Positions 22,486 through 34,596 of a DNA stretch of 64,000 nucleotides are shown here, piece after piece. A program made the translations under genes and the position numbers. The DNA lies in NCBI GenBank assembly GCA_963716725.1, contig CAVQUB010000027.1, positions 64,001 through 128,000 on the forward strand, given 5' to 3'. Source of the stretch: an uncultured delta proteobacterium (GTDB lineage: Bacteria; Myxococcota_A; Polyangia; Polyangiales; Polyangiaceae). The notes under the pieces are model-generated. The model saw only the letters and a list, made by a program, of their open reading frames with translations. It was not told the DNA's origin and searched no databases. The first letter of the stretch is position 1, and the number at the start of each line of letters is the position of its first letter.

Positions 22486-23691
22486 TTAGCGCAAGATCCC
22501 CAGCGCGCGCGGGCTGTGCCCGGGGATCACCCCCCCTGGGTCGCGGGCCCCGAGGTGTCGCTCGGAGATCTCCGCGAGCACGTCGCGGTAGTCGGTGGTG
22601 ACGGCGAGGTCACGCCCCTCGTAGCGTTGCTCCGGCGCCAGGCCAGGCCAGGTGCCATGCACCCTTCCTCCGCGCACCGGCCCGCCGAGCAGCAGCATCG
22701 CCGAGCCGTGACCGTGGTCGGTACCTCCGGTTCCATTCTCGGCGACGGTGCGCCCGAACTCGGTCATCACGAGCACGACCACTCGCTCGAGATCGCGGCC
22801 GAGATCCTTGCGGAACGCCGCCAGGCCTTTGGCGAGCGCGTCGAAGGCGCGCGGCAATCGCCCGCCGTCGGCGCCGCCCTGTCCCTGATGCGTGTCCCAA
22901 CCGCCGGCGTCGATCCACGCCACGCGCAGCCCCACATCAGCGCGCACCAGTCGGGCGATATCCGCCAGGCCTCTCGCGGCCTCGGGGTAGCCGGCTCTAG
23001 CGCTGGTCTGCTCCAGGCTCTTCAGGCGCCTGGCGGCGCCGAGAGCGTCGCGGCCCGCGATCGTGACGGCGTCGTCCCCCTTGGCGTAGAGCGCGTTGAA
23101 CGCGCGATCGAGCCGCGCGTTCAGGCGCTTCGGCGCGCGGAGGCGGAACGCGTCGAGACGCGCCGCGGTCACCACATCCACGCCGCCTCGGAGCCCGAGG
23201 GGGCGCTTGTCCGACAAGGCGACGACACCGAGCGGGGTCGAGGGCTTGCCGGCGCTCACCAGCGAGCGCGCGAGCCAGCCGCTCCGGGTCGAAGGCTGGC
23301 CCGGTGTGGCCGTCTCGGCGTAGTCCTGGGCCTCGAAGTGCGAGCGCGTCGCGTGGTGCGAACCGACGGCGTGCACGATCGCCAGCTCACCGGCGCGGTA
23401 GGCAGGTTCGAGCGGAGCGAGGCGCGGGTGCAAGCCGAAGCGGCCATCGAGATCGATGGCGCCGCCGGGCTTGCCCGGCCGGCCGACGGCGATGGCGCGC
23501 CGAGCGTTGTAGTAGTCGGGGTCGGCGTGGGGCACGGCCAGACTCAGCCCGTCGACGCCCCCGCGCAGGAAGATCACGACGAGAACGCGCTTGCCCGCGG
23601 CTGGCGCAGCCAGCGCGAAGTCCGGCACCGCCAGCGTCATGGCCCCGGCACCGGCGGAGCTGAGCAGAGATCGTCGCGACAACTTGATCAT
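22486..23691 (-). CDS. DUF1501 family protein (Tat signal)
   Basis: SRRSLL twin-Arg, IFLRGGVDGLS, RSHFEAQ, GGWDTH, TEFGRT..ENG..GTDHG. Confidence 0.9.
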   Translation of the reverse strand: MIKLSRRSLLSSAGAGAMTLAVPDFALAAPAAGKRVLVVIFLRGGVDGLSLAVPHADPDYYNARRAIAVGRPGKPGGAIDLDGRFGLHPRLAPLEPAYRAGELAIVHAVGSHHATRSHFEAQDYAETATPGQPSTRSGWLARSLVSAGKPSTPLGVVALSDKRPLGLRGGVDVVTAARLDAFRLRAPKRLNARLDRAFNALYAKGDDAVTIAGRDALGAARRLKSLEQTSARAGYPEAARGLADIARLVRADVGLRVAWIDAGGWDTHQGQGGADGGRLPRAFDALAKGLAAFRKDLGRDLERVVVLVMTEFGRTVAENGTGGTDHGHGSAMLLLGGPVRGGRVHGTWPGLAPEQRYEGRDLAVTTDYRDVLAEISERHLGARDPGGVIPGHSPRALGILR

Positions 23692-23698
23692 GCTGACC

Positions 23699-25246
23699 TC
23701 ACTGGCGTTGGTACTCGGGGCTCCCGAGCAGGAGCGCGACGGCGACCGTACGCCGTTCGTCGGGCTCGTCGAGTCCATCGAGCGCGCGGGCGATGGTCGA
23801 AACCGTTTCCGGTCGCGCGCGACCGCCCAACAGGAGCGAGCTCGCCCGAGGCACCAGCCCAGCTCCCGTCTCCGGCAATGCCGCGGCGAGATCGAGAGAC
23901 AGTCCGGGCAGCTTGCCGGCCGCGAGCATCGAGGCGAAGCTCATCCGTGAAAGCAGCCCGTTGGTGCTGACCCACTCCGACTCGGCTTCGGGATGTCCGG
24001 TCGGCACGCTCTCCAGCAAGATGGGTTCCCCCATGCGCTCGAGCACCCGGGCCAGCGCGAGGCTTCCGTCCGGACGCCCGCCCAACGCGCGGGCCGAGCT
24101 GACCACCAACTCGAGCGGCGACTTGAGCTTGTTGCCGCGGGCGGCGGCGCTCCAGAAGCTATCGTGCTCCGCCACGCCGCGTACGACTCGCGCGATGTCG
24201 CCGTTCGTCTCCCGGTAGGTCCGGGCGGCGGACTCCACGCACGAGGAAGGCGGCTCGTCGGCGACGAAGCGGACGCATAGCTTGCGCGCGAGGTGACGCG
24301 CCGTGCTCGGGTGTTTGGCCAAAATGGCGATCAGCGCGCGGCCTTCGTCCTCGCCGCCGCCGGCCGCGAAGCGCTGACCCAGCACCGTCTTTTCGGAGCC
24401 GTCGTGGGCAGCGGTACGGAACAGGAAGCCGACGCCACCTTCTCGAGGGCGGCGCACGCTCCAGCCGGTGAGGACTCGCGCAGCGCCTCGAACGTCGGCT
24501 TGAGCGAATCCCCCGTCCACGCCCAAGGTATGAAGCTCGAGCAGCTCGCGCGCGTAGTTCTCGTTCAGCCCGCCGCGCACTTCGCCATCCGGCATCTGCT
24601 TTTCGACCCGACTCCTCGCATTGTCGAGGTACAGCAGCATGGCCGGGTGACGCGCGGTCGCGAGCAAGAGGTCCTCGAATCGCCCCAGGGCGTTGGGTCG
24701 AAGCGCACGCTCGATGAAGTCACCGGCAAAGAGTCGAACCAGGCCCTTGCGAGCGAACACGTTGAAGTGGTTGGTCCAGAAGTCGACCAGCACTTCTTCG
24801 AGCTGCCGTTCGCTCAGGATGTGACGGGTGACTTCGGCCAGGGCGACTTCGGCGATCTGACCCTTGGCGTTTTTGCGCGCGCGCTTCTGAACGTTCCCGG
24901 TCTCCTCCTGCCAGTCCTCTCCGAGCCAACGGTCGAGGAGATCCTGCGGCGTCTCGAGGGCGCGGCGGTAGGGCGCCAGCGCCTGCTCGAGCGATGCATC
25001 GGGTTTCCGCGGCGCGAGCTGCTCGTCGAGCCACACGCCGACGCCGCCTTGGGCCACCCGCGCTGCGTCACCTGGCCGCGGTCCGAATCCAAAACGATTG
25101 AGCAGGTGGTGGCCGTCGGCCACGGTCCGAGTCGCAGCCGCGGGCCCAGCGCTGGCCAACGGGGGCGTTGGTGCCGGCGCGTGCGCACACGCGACCAGCG
25201 ACAATCCCGCCGCGAACGCCGCCAACGAACCCCTGAGCTTTCCCAC
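23699..25246 (-). CDS. DUF1800 family lipoprotein
   Basis: LLNRFGFGPRPG, DFWTNHFNV, PAMLLYLDN, NENYARELLELHTLG, SPEYQRQ. Confidence 0.92.
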   Translation of the reverse strand: MGKLRGSLAAFAAGLSLVACAHAPAPTPPLASAGPAAATRTVADGHHLLNRFGFGPRPGDAARVAQGGVGVWLDEQLAPRKPDASLEQALAPYRRALETPQDLLDRWLGEDWQEETGNVQKRARKNAKGQIAEVALAEVTRHILSERQLEEVLVDFWTNHFNVFARKGLVRLFAGDFIERALRPNALGRFEDLLLATARHPAMLLYLDNARSRVEKQMPDGEVRGGLNENYARELLELHTLGVDGGFAQADVRGAARVLTGWSVRRPREGGVGFLFRTAAHDGSEKTVLGQRFAAGGGEDEGRALIAILAKHPSTARHLARKLCVRFVADEPPSSCVESAARTYRETNGDIARVVRGVAEHDSFWSAAARGNKLKSPLELVVSSARALGGRPDGSLALARVLERMGEPILLESVPTGHPEAESEWVSTNGLLSRMSFASMLAAGKLPGLSLDLAAALPETGAGLVPRASSLLLGGRARPETVSTIARALDGLDEPDERRTVAVALLLGSPEYQRQ

Positions 25247-25276
25247 ACCCGGCCTATGCCGGGCAGCGGGCGGCCG

Positions 25277-26859
<1,583 letters not shown>

Positions 26860-26863
<4 letters not shown>

Positions 26864-27528
26864 GACGATGCTCTCAGGTCGAAGCTGGGCCAGCTGTAGG
26901 CCTTGGCGAGGAGCTCGAGCCGCCGGTCGGGGTTCACCGCGGCGGGATGACCGACCACGCTCAGCATCGGCAAGTCGGAGTAGCTGTCGCTGTAGGCGTA
27001 GCAGTCGTCGAGGTCGTGCGCGTTGGCCCGCGCGTGGTCGCGGATGAGCCGCGCCTTCTCGGGTCCGGCCACCACGGGTTTCTCGAGCTTGCCGGTGGCG
27101 CGCCCGTCCTTCATCTCCAGGCGGTTGGCGATGACCTCGTGCGCCCCGAGGTGGTCGGCCAGGCGCTTCGCGATGAAGTCGAGCGCTCCCGACATCAGCA
27201 CGACCACGTTGCCGCGGTCGACGTTCTTCCGGACCAGATCCCTCGCCGCGGGAAAGATCGACGGCTTCAACACTTTGTCGAAGACCTCGTCCGAGAGCAG
27301 CACCAGGCGATCCTCGCTCATGCCTTCGTAGGAGCTGTAGAGCAGCTCGTTGAAGGTGCGGCGATCGGCCATCTCGGCCACACCCATCGCGGGTGCTCTG
27401 AGCAGTGCGCGCCCGAACCTGAGCGCGGTCTGAACCGGCGTGGCCTGGTTTAGCAGGTAGAACAAGGTCGGGTGCACGAGGTTCGTGCTGACCAGCGTTC
27501 CGTCGACGTCGAAGTAGCTCGCGGCCAA
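26860..27528 (-). CDS. HAD-IB family hydrolase (SerB-like; ElbB-like)
   Basis: FDVDGTL motif I, MSGA, K, YSDSYSDLPML..VGHP.AVNPD; ATGA coupling to the LarA-domain gene. TTG start inferred. Confidence 0.9.
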
Positions 27529-27592
27529 GGGGCGCGCACGGTTGTGCGACCACCCGCCCGCGTCAAGCGCTGGTCGACGCGAACTCGGCTTC

Positions 27593-28348
27593 TCACTTGG
27601 GCGGCAGCGCGGATCCCTGCGGCATCTCCAGCTCGGCGCTGATGCGACGGAGCGCTCGCGCCGCCTCGCTGCGAAGGTCGCGGCCGAGCTCTCGCGTGAG
27701 GCGCGCACGGGTATCCGACTTCAGCCGCGGGGCCAGCGGGGCGGAGCTGACGTCGTTCTTGACCACGAGCAGGGTCTGGCAGAGCGCGGCGCCCGAGCGC
27801 GCCTCATGGATCGCGAACCACGCCACGATCGTGCCCGGCAGCCACTCCCAGCGTCCCCGGTCGGTGCGAAAGACGCGGTCGGCCGCGAAGTGTTCGGTGA
27901 CGTGGAACACGCCGACAAAACGACTCGCCGCGAGCGCCGAGATTTCGTCGACGACGCCAGCCGGGGGAGGCTGCCCCGGGGGCGACAGCGCCAGCGTGTC
28001 CCGCAGCTCGTGCAACTTTGGCTGGGTCAACGGGCCGGTCAGAGCCAGCGGCAGCAGGTCCTTCTTCTCGAAGCGTGCGTCGCGGAGCACCAGCGCGAGC
28101 ACGCGCTGCTCTTGCGACGACCCTTCCCAGCTCGAGTCGTCGCACCTCTGCTCCCGCGCCGAGCCCAGCGCCGGCCACTCCTTGGAGATCCACCGATTCA
28201 GAGTCGTGCCCAGCGTGGGATCTACGGGGGCCACGGCGGGAGCGCGATCAGGCAGGGCGGCGACTTCGACGGGCGCGGCCGGTTCGCCGCTGCAGCCGCC
28301 GAGAACCACGGCGGCGGCCAGCGCAAGCACTCGAGTCCATTGGCTCAC
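27593..28348 (-). CDS. Hypothetical lipoprotein
   Basis: GTG start, VLALAAAVVLGGC lipobox; fills the gap between HAD and rnd. Confidence 0.6.
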   Translation of the reverse strand: MSQWTRVLALAAAVVLGGCSGEPAAPVEVAALPDRAPAVAPVDPTLGTTLNRWISKEWPALGSAREQRCDDSSWEGSSQEQRVLALVLRDARFEKKDLLPLALTGPLTQPKLHELRDTLALSPPGQPPPAGVVDEISALAASRFVGVFHVTEHFAADRVFRTDRGRWEWLPGTIVAWFAIHEARSGAALCQTLLVVKNDVSSAPLAPRLKSDTRARLTRELGRDLRSEAARALRRISAELEMPQGSALPPK

Positions 28349-28416
28349 GCCCCGTTGAAACAAAGGCTCGGGCGATGGGCCAAGATCTCGGCGACCAAGC
28401 CGTCTAGACTCGCGCG

Positions 28417-29536
28417 GTGCACCTGATTCAAAGCGAGCAAGAGCTGGCCGATGTCGCCAGGACCCTCTCCGATGCAACGACGCTCTACCTGGACACCGAG
28501 TTCGATTCGACGCGCGACGGCAAGACGCTGTGCCTCCTCCAGATCTCGAAGGGCGAGCGCGTGCACCTGGTCGACACCCTACGCCTCGGCTCACTGAGCC
28601 CGCTGCGCGAGATCTTGTCAGACCCAGGCCGCCAGTGGGTCCTGCACGCCGGCTCGCAAGACGTCGACCTGCTCGCCACGCGCTTCGAACTCGCTACGCC
28701 GCCCCGCGTCTTCGACACGCAGGTGGCCTGGGCCCTGACCACGGTGGAGCACAGCGTCTCGCTCGCTTACCTGAAATTTCAATTGCTGGGAGTCCGCAGC
28801 GGCAAGTCACACCAGGCCGACGACTGGATCCGTCGCCCACTGCCCGAGGCCCAGCTCGCCTACGCCGCCGCCGACATCGAGGAGCTGCCCGCGATGCACC
28901 GCGCGCTGGGCGAGCGCCTGGCCGAGCGCGGGCGCTCGACTCTGATTTTCAACGCCAGCCACGAGGTCAATTGGCCTGCTCGCGAGTCCGCAGAGCCGCT
29001 CGCCGTCGAGGACTTCCGCAACGCTTGGCAGCTCGACGCCCACAGTCAGGCCGCGCTCCGACATTTGATCGCCTGGTACAACGCCCTCGACGATCGAGAG
29101 CGGTCGCTGGCGCCCGACGCCAAGACCCTGCTGGCGATCGCCGGCCGGTTGCCCGAGACCGGCGCCGATCTCTCACGCATCAAGGGCGTGAACCGCCGCT
29201 TCGCCGCGGAGCGGGGCGATCGTCTCGTCGCCGGCCTGCAGCGCGCGGCCGCCGACGCGGACACCGGCGGATTCGTGCCCATCGATTCCTCCCCCCTACG
29301 CCACCGCCGACGAGGTGCGCCTGGACGGTTGGCTCTCCCTCGCCCGCGCAGAGATCAGCGCGAACCTGGAGGTGGCTCCGGAGCTCGCGTTTCCGGGCCG
29401 GCTGATGCGAAAGATCAGATCGCGCATCGTGGAGACGGGCGCTCGCGCCCAGGGCGCGGAGGTCTTCGACGGTTGGCGCCGTGAGCTGATATCACCGGCC
29501 TTCGTGGACTTCGCGAGACGCAGCGGCGACGCCTGA
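28417..29536 (+). CDS. rnd: Ribonuclease D (DEDDy 3'-5' exonuclease + HRDC); apparent frameshift at ~29287
   Basis: LDTEF, LCLLQI, HAGSQD, FDTQVA, DWIRRPL...YAAAD; C-terminus (DGWRRELI) continues in another frame after a T/C run. Confidence 0.88.
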
Positions 29537-29577
29537 GGCCGCTGCCCTCCCCGGCCTCCGCCTGGTAGACTGCGCGC

Positions 29578-31176
29578 ATGAGGAAGCTCGTCGCCCTAAG
29601 CGCCCTGCCGGTATTGTTCGCAACCGCCCCCGCGTGGGCGGCCAGCTACGAAATCGCGCCCGGGGCCAATCTGAGCCAGGAGATCGCCAAGCTCAAAGCC
29701 GGTGACGAGCTGGTGCTCAAGGGCGGGACCTACACCTTGAGCGGCAAGCTCACCGTCTCGGTGGCGGGGACCGCCAACGCGCCCATCGTGATCCGCAGCA
29801 AAGACGGCGAGACTGCCCACATCACCCGCGACGCCAGCCAAAACGTGATCAACGTCGAGAACACCAAGTACGTCGTGCTTCGGAAGCTCGAGGTCTCCAA
29901 GGGCTCGCACGGCATCCGCATCACGAGCTCGAGCTTCATCACCGTCGAAGACTGCCACATCCACGACACGGCCGACGTCGCGGTCTCGGCCAACGTCGGC
30001 GGCTCCAAGTACGAAGGCCTGGTCATCCGTCGCAATCACATCCACCACACCAACGGCACCGGCGAGGGCATGTACCTCGGCTGCAACAACGACGGCTGCC
30101 AGATGTTCGACAGCCTGATCGAGGGCAACTACGTCCATCACACGAATCAGTCGAGCGTCAGCCAGGGCGACGGCATCGAGATCAAGCAGGGCAGCTACAA
30201 CAACATCGTGCGCGACAACGTGATCCACGACACGAACTACCCCTGCATCTTGATCTACGGCACCGCGGGCAAGGCCGTGAACCTGCTCGAGCGCAACGCC
30301 ATGTGGAATTGCGGCGACCACGGCATTCAGGCCGAGGCCGACGCCATCATCCGGAACAACTTGGTGCTCGGCGCCAAGGCCGACGGCATCCGCAACCAGC
30401 TCCACCAGCAGCAGAGCGTCGAAGATCTGACCATTGTGCACAATACGGTGCTCAACGCCGGCGACGCGCTGCGCTCTGACGGCATCAAGAGCAACGTCGT
30501 GATCGCCAACAACGCGCTCTACAGCCAAAACGGCAATGCGCTCCGCGTTGCCGGAACGCTCTCGGCGCTGACCGTCGCCGGCAACGTCGGCATGGGCTCC
30601 ACCCAGGGCGTGAGCGCAGGCTTCACCGGCGGCGGCACCCTGGCCGCGGACTTCATGGACGCGGCCTTCGGGGGCGCCAAGCTGAACGTCTTCCCGAAGA
30701 CTGGCAGCAAGCTGATCGGCGCGGGAGACGCCAAGTACGTGGTCGGCGACGACTTCAACGGTACGCCGCGCGGCGGCGTGGCCGACGTCGGTGCCCACAA
30801 GTTCGGCGCGAGCAATCCCGGTTGGACCGTCGGCGCCGGCTTCAAAGATCCGACCGCGAGCGGGGGCACGGGTGGCACGGGTGGCAGCGGCGGATCCGGT
30901 GGTGCGGGCACCGGGGGCAGCGGCACCGGCGGCTCTGCGGGTTCACCCGCCGGCGGCAGCGCGGGCTCGAGCACCGGCGGCAGCGCAGGCTCGAGCACCG
31001 GCGGCAGCGGCACCGGCGGCGGCAGCACCGGGGGCAGCGGCACCGGCGGCGCGAAGAGCGGCGACAGCAGCGCCGACGACGGCGGTTGCGGATGCAGAGC
31101 CACGCCGAGCGGGTCGAACCTGGGTTGGGCGGGGTTCGCCGCGCTCGCGCTGCTGCGCTTCAGGCGCCGGCGTTGA
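29578..31176 (+). CDS. Right-handed parallel beta-helix protein with Gly/Ser linker and MYXO-CTERM sorting signal
   Basis: Signal peptide; repeats such as IRRNHIHHT, IEGNYVHHT, VRDNVIHDT; C-terminal DDGGCGCR...LALLRFRRRR. Confidence 0.9.
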   Translation: MRKLVALSALPVLFATAPAWAASYEIAPGANLSQEIAKLKAGDELVLKGGTYTLSGKLTVSVAGTANAPIVIRSKDGETAHITRDASQNVINVENTKYVVLRKLEVSKGSHGIRITSSSFITVEDCHIHDTADVAVSANVGGSKYEGLVIRRNHIHHTNGTGEGMYLGCNNDGCQMFDSLIEGNYVHHTNQSSVSQGDGIEIKQGSYNNIVRDNVIHDTNYPCILIYGTAGKAVNLLERNAMWNCGDHGIQAEADAIIRNNLVLGAKADGIRNQLHQQQSVEDLTIVHNTVLNAGDALRSDGIKSNVVIANNALYSQNGNALRVAGTLSALTVAGNVGMGSTQGVSAGFTGGGTLAADFMDAAFGGAKLNVFPKTGSKLIGAGDAKYVVGDDFNGTPRGGVADVGAHKFGASNPGWTVGAGFKDPTASGGTGGTGGSGGSGGAGTGGSGTGGSAGSPAGGSAGSSTGGSAGSSTGGSGTGGGSTGGSGTGGAKSGDSSADDGGCGCRATPSGSNLGWAGFAALALLRFRRRR

Positions 31177-31182
31177 TCCCGA

Positions 31183-32151
31183 TCACCAGTCGAGCAGGTA
31201 AGCTGCCACCAGCGGGAACACGATGGTGGCGTCGCTCTCGATGATGAACCTGGGAGTGTCGAGATCCAGCTTGCCCCAGGTGATCTTCTCGTTCGGCACC
31301 GCTCCGCTGTAGCTCCCGTAGGACGTCGTCGAGTCGCTGATCTGACAGAAGTAGCCCCAGTAGGGGCACTGCTGCTGCAGGTCCTGGTGAATCAGCGGGA
31401 CCACGCAGATGGGGAAGTCACCGGCGATGCCGCCGCCGATCTGGAAGAACCCGATGCTCGACCGGGCGCTCTCTTCTCGGTACCAGTCGATCAGCGTGCG
31501 CATCTGCTCGAGACCGCTCTTGATCGTCGTGGCGTTTTTCACCTCGCCGCGGACCACCGAGGCCACGAACATGTTGGCCAGAGTCGAGTCTTCGTAGCCG
31601 GGCACCCACATCGGCAGGTTCTTTTCGCAGGCCGCGAGCAGCCAGCTGTCCTTCGGATCGATCTCGTATTCGGGCTCGAGCTTCTTGCTGCGGAGGAGCT
31701 TGTAGAAGATCTCGTGGGGGAACAGCCGCTCCCCCTTGGAATCAGCGTCTCTCCACAGCTCGAGCATGTGCCGCTCGATCTTGCGCATGGCCTCCCCTTC
31801 GGGGATGCAGGTGTCGGTCACGCGGTTCAGGCCTTGGTGTTCGAGCTCTTTCTCCTGCTCCGCGGTCAACATGCGGTAGGCGGGGATGCGCCGGTAGCTC
31901 TTGTGGGCCACCAGGTTGAAGACGTCTTCTTCGAGGTTGGCACCGGTGCAGCAGATCGCGTGCACTTTCCCCTTCCGGATCAGCTCCGCGATGACCGTAC
32001 CCATCTCGGCGGTACTCATGGCCCCCGCCAGGGTGAGCAGCATCTTCCCGCCTCCCGCCAGGTGGCTCTCCCAAGCCTGAGCGGCATCGACGACGACCGC
32101 CGCGTTGAAGTGTCGGAAGTGGTGCGTGACGAAGTTGCGGACAGCTCCCAT
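31183..32151 (-). CDS. Deoxyhypusine synthase family protein (possible homospermidine synthase)
   Basis: LAGAMSTAE, TGANLEED, NRVTD, IGGGIAGD, SYSGAVPNEKITWGK (catalytic Lys region). Confidence 0.9.
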   Translation of the reverse strand: MGAVRNFVTHHFRHFNAAVVVDAAQAWESHLAGGGKMLLTLAGAMSTAEMGTVIAELIRKGKVHAICCTGANLEEDVFNLVAHKSYRRIPAYRMLTAEQEKELEHQGLNRVTDTCIPEGEAMRKIERHMLELWRDADSKGERLFPHEIFYKLLRSKKLEPEYEIDPKDSWLLAACEKNLPMWVPGYEDSTLANMFVASVVRGEVKNATTIKSGLEQMRTLIDWYREESARSSIGFFQIGGGIAGDFPICVVPLIHQDLQQQCPYWGYFCQISDSTTSYGSYSGAVPNEKITWGKLDLDTPRFIIESDATIVFPLVAAYLLDW

Positions 32152-32222
32152 GGCTCGGGAGAGACACCAAAGCTAGCGCGCTCTGTCAAGAGCGGCAGGG
32201 CCAGCGCGATGACCGCGCCGCC

Positions 32223-33566
32223 TCAGAAAGCGAAATCGACGTTCAGATTCACCACCCCGACGGCCTGCTTGTAGTTGCCGCCGGCATCGGGATTCGGCAC
32301 CGCGCCGCTCGGATTGGGCTCGGTGAGCGTGTTCTTGCCGTTGGTGTCGCGCGGCAAGTACACGATCTGCGTATAGGAGAGCGATCCGAACAGGTTCTTT
32401 ACCATCTCGAAGCGTCCGCCCGCGCTGAACGAAATGCCATCCCAGTCGGGCAGCGCTGGCTCGAGGGTCTCGTCCGGCACGGCGTTCGACGAGAACCCGG
32501 CTCCGCCGTAGACCTCGATTGGCTCCGTCACCCACTTGCTGAAGCCCGCTCGAACCCCGAAGGTGTCCTTCCAGCTCCGATCTTGATCGAGCAGCGGGAA
32601 GTCCTTCTCGGGGTTCTCGACGAAGTGGCGTTCGAGCACGCTCCACCGCGTGTAGTCGCCGAACAAGCGGATCTCCATGTCGGGCGCTGGCCGGTAGCGA
32701 GCCCCGAGCCGAATCACGTCGGGCAGCTCGTGCTCCATTTCGGCCTTCACGACGCTCGAAGCGTAGGAGCCGTTGGCGTTCACCAAGAGTGTCGCTTGGT
32801 CGCCCTTCAGGCGCTTCATGCCCGTCAAGTTGGGCCGCGACTGATACGACGCGCCGATCCAGAGCTGCTTCGGCATCGCCTCGTAAAGCGCTCCGATGCC
32901 CATGCTCCAGTCGGTCCCAGTGACGTTCAGGTAGGCTCGCCCCTCGGTCGCGACCTGGTTGTTGCCGGACGGCGTCTTGGCGCGCACGGTGTCCACGGTC
33001 GTGAGGATCAAGTTGCCGGAGACACCGATCGACAGCCGAGCCGGCTCGATGTGGTACGCGCCTGCGAGTGTGATGAAGCTCGAGCGGATGATGCCTTCCA
33101 TCACGTACCAGCGCGCAACGCCGTCGTAGGGGCCAGCGTGAGTCGGGTCGTCCTTGAAGTCGTCGTTCTTGTCCCAGACGCTCTGGCCGCCATAGGGAAC
33201 GTAGAAGCCGGCACCCAGCGCGACATCGCCGATCTTGGTGGTCACTCCGAACATGGGCGACGCGAGCACGTTGAAGAGTTTGCTCGTGCCGTCGTTGGCG
33301 CCCGGCACGGTGCCGTCATCCGTGCCGGTGAGCTGGTGGTTGTACGAGACCTTGCGCCAGGCAAGAGACACGTCCGCGAAGAGGTGCGTGTCGCTGCTCA
33401 TGCCGATGCCGGCTGGGTTGTAGAAGATGGCGGTGGCGTTGGTCGTCGTCGGGTGACCGTGCTCGCCCCCGAAGCGCGCCACCGAAATGCCCGAAGCCAC
33501 CGCTGCGCGCGGCGCCACCACGCTGCACAAGGCGACCACCCCAAATCCCACGCCGAGCCGTTTCAT
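32223..33566 (-). CDS. fadL: OmpP1/FadL family outer-membrane long-chain fatty acid transporter
   Basis: Signal peptide, ATAIFYNPAG hatch motif, GFYVPYG, WKDTFGVRAG, C-terminal Phe. Confidence 0.85.
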   Translation of the reverse strand: MKRLGVGFGVVALCSVVAPRAAVASGISVARFGGEHGHPTTTNATAIFYNPAGIGMSSDTHLFADVSLAWRKVSYNHQLTGTDDGTVPGANDGTSKLFNVLASPMFGVTTKIGDVALGAGFYVPYGGQSVWDKNDDFKDDPTHAGPYDGVARWYVMEGIIRSSFITLAGAYHIEPARLSIGVSGNLILTTVDTVRAKTPSGNNQVATEGRAYLNVTGTDWSMGIGALYEAMPKQLWIGASYQSRPNLTGMKRLKGDQATLLVNANGSYASSVVKAEMEHELPDVIRLGARYRPAPDMEIRLFGDYTRWSVLERHFVENPEKDFPLLDQDRSWKDTFGVRAGFSKWVTEPIEVYGGAGFSSNAVPDETLEPALPDWDGISFSAGGRFEMVKNLFGSLSYTQIVYLPRDTNGKNTLTEPNPSGAVPNPDAGGNYKQAVGVVNLNVDFAF

Positions 33567-33715
33567 AGGCCGGTTCTACACCAGCTTCTTGGCTCGAAGC
33601 GAACGGGAAACGGCAGGCTTGACCCCCACAGCGGCGGCCCGTATGACAGACATCGGGTGTTCCGCTGACGGCGGACGCCCTTCTGCTATCATTCCTCGAC
33701 CGGATCGAGCCCACG

Positions 33716-34414
33716 ATGCTTTCGAAACGCACCCTCCTTGCTCTGTCCCTCCCGCTCTTGCTCGTGACGGGCTGCCCGGATGCCGAGGGCGAGTACGACG
33801 CCTTCCGGGATCGCCACGAGAAGATCCACCCCAGTGGCGTGGGAGGCGAAGCCGGCGCGGGCGGCTCTGCCGGCGCCGATGGCGGCGACGCTGCGGTCTG
33901 CGAGGCGCCGAAACCGGGTGAAATCGACGGCGACTACCTGTTCTCGCTGGCGGCGGTGCTGGACCACGTGAAGCCGATGCTCTTCCGCGCCAAGGTCACG
34001 ACCGAGGCCGGCGGTGGCGCGACGACCATGCGCTGGAACCTGCAAGGGCTGAAGTGGGACGATAGGAAGACCCTGGTCGGCACTGCCTTCGACATTCCCG
34101 CGGCGGCGGATGCGCCGTTTCAACTCGGCGCTGACGGCACGTTCTCGACCAAGCTGCCGCTGTTGACGGTGGTCGGCGAAGCAAATCCATTCTCTCACAC
34201 TCAGGTCTCGGCTCAGGTCTCCCTCACCGGGAAGTTCTGTGGAGCGGGGGATTTCTTCTGCGGCACGGCCGAAGGCACCTTGCCCGATCTCGGCGATCTG
34301 TCCCTGAACGGCTCCACCTGGACGCTCGAGAAGGTGACCGGCACGGACTACCCAGAGCCGCCGCACATCAACTGCAAGCAGGCGCTCGCGCTTCCCGTCG
34401 GCACCTGGCAGTAG
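33716..34414 (+). CDS. Hypothetical lipoprotein
   Basis: LLVTGC lipobox, Gly linker, beta-rich Cys-paired domain; divergent from fadL. Confidence 0.75.
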   Translation: MLSKRTLLALSLPLLLVTGCPDAEGEYDAFRDRHEKIHPSGVGGEAGAGGSAGADGGDAAVCEAPKPGEIDGDYLFSLAAVLDHVKPMLFRAKVTTEAGGGATTMRWNLQGLKWDDRKTLVGTAFDIPAAADAPFQLGADGTFSTKLPLLTVVGEANPFSHTQVSAQVSLTGKFCGAGDFFCGTAEGTLPDLGDLSLNGSTWTLEKVTGTDYPEPPHINCKQALALPVGTWQ

Positions 34415-34596
34415 CGCACGTGCAGCCTCAGCGCGCTGCACTCTGGTAGGAATTTTCCGCTCAGAGTCCGCGAAATTCGGCACATCGCCGTACAGATTTC
34501 GAGTGTGCGCCTGGGCTTCCTGAGTCATTGTTTCCCACCCCTCGGGGCCGCAGGGCGAGAGAGGCACTCGCCCCGCGCACAGGCAGGACGGTCAGG

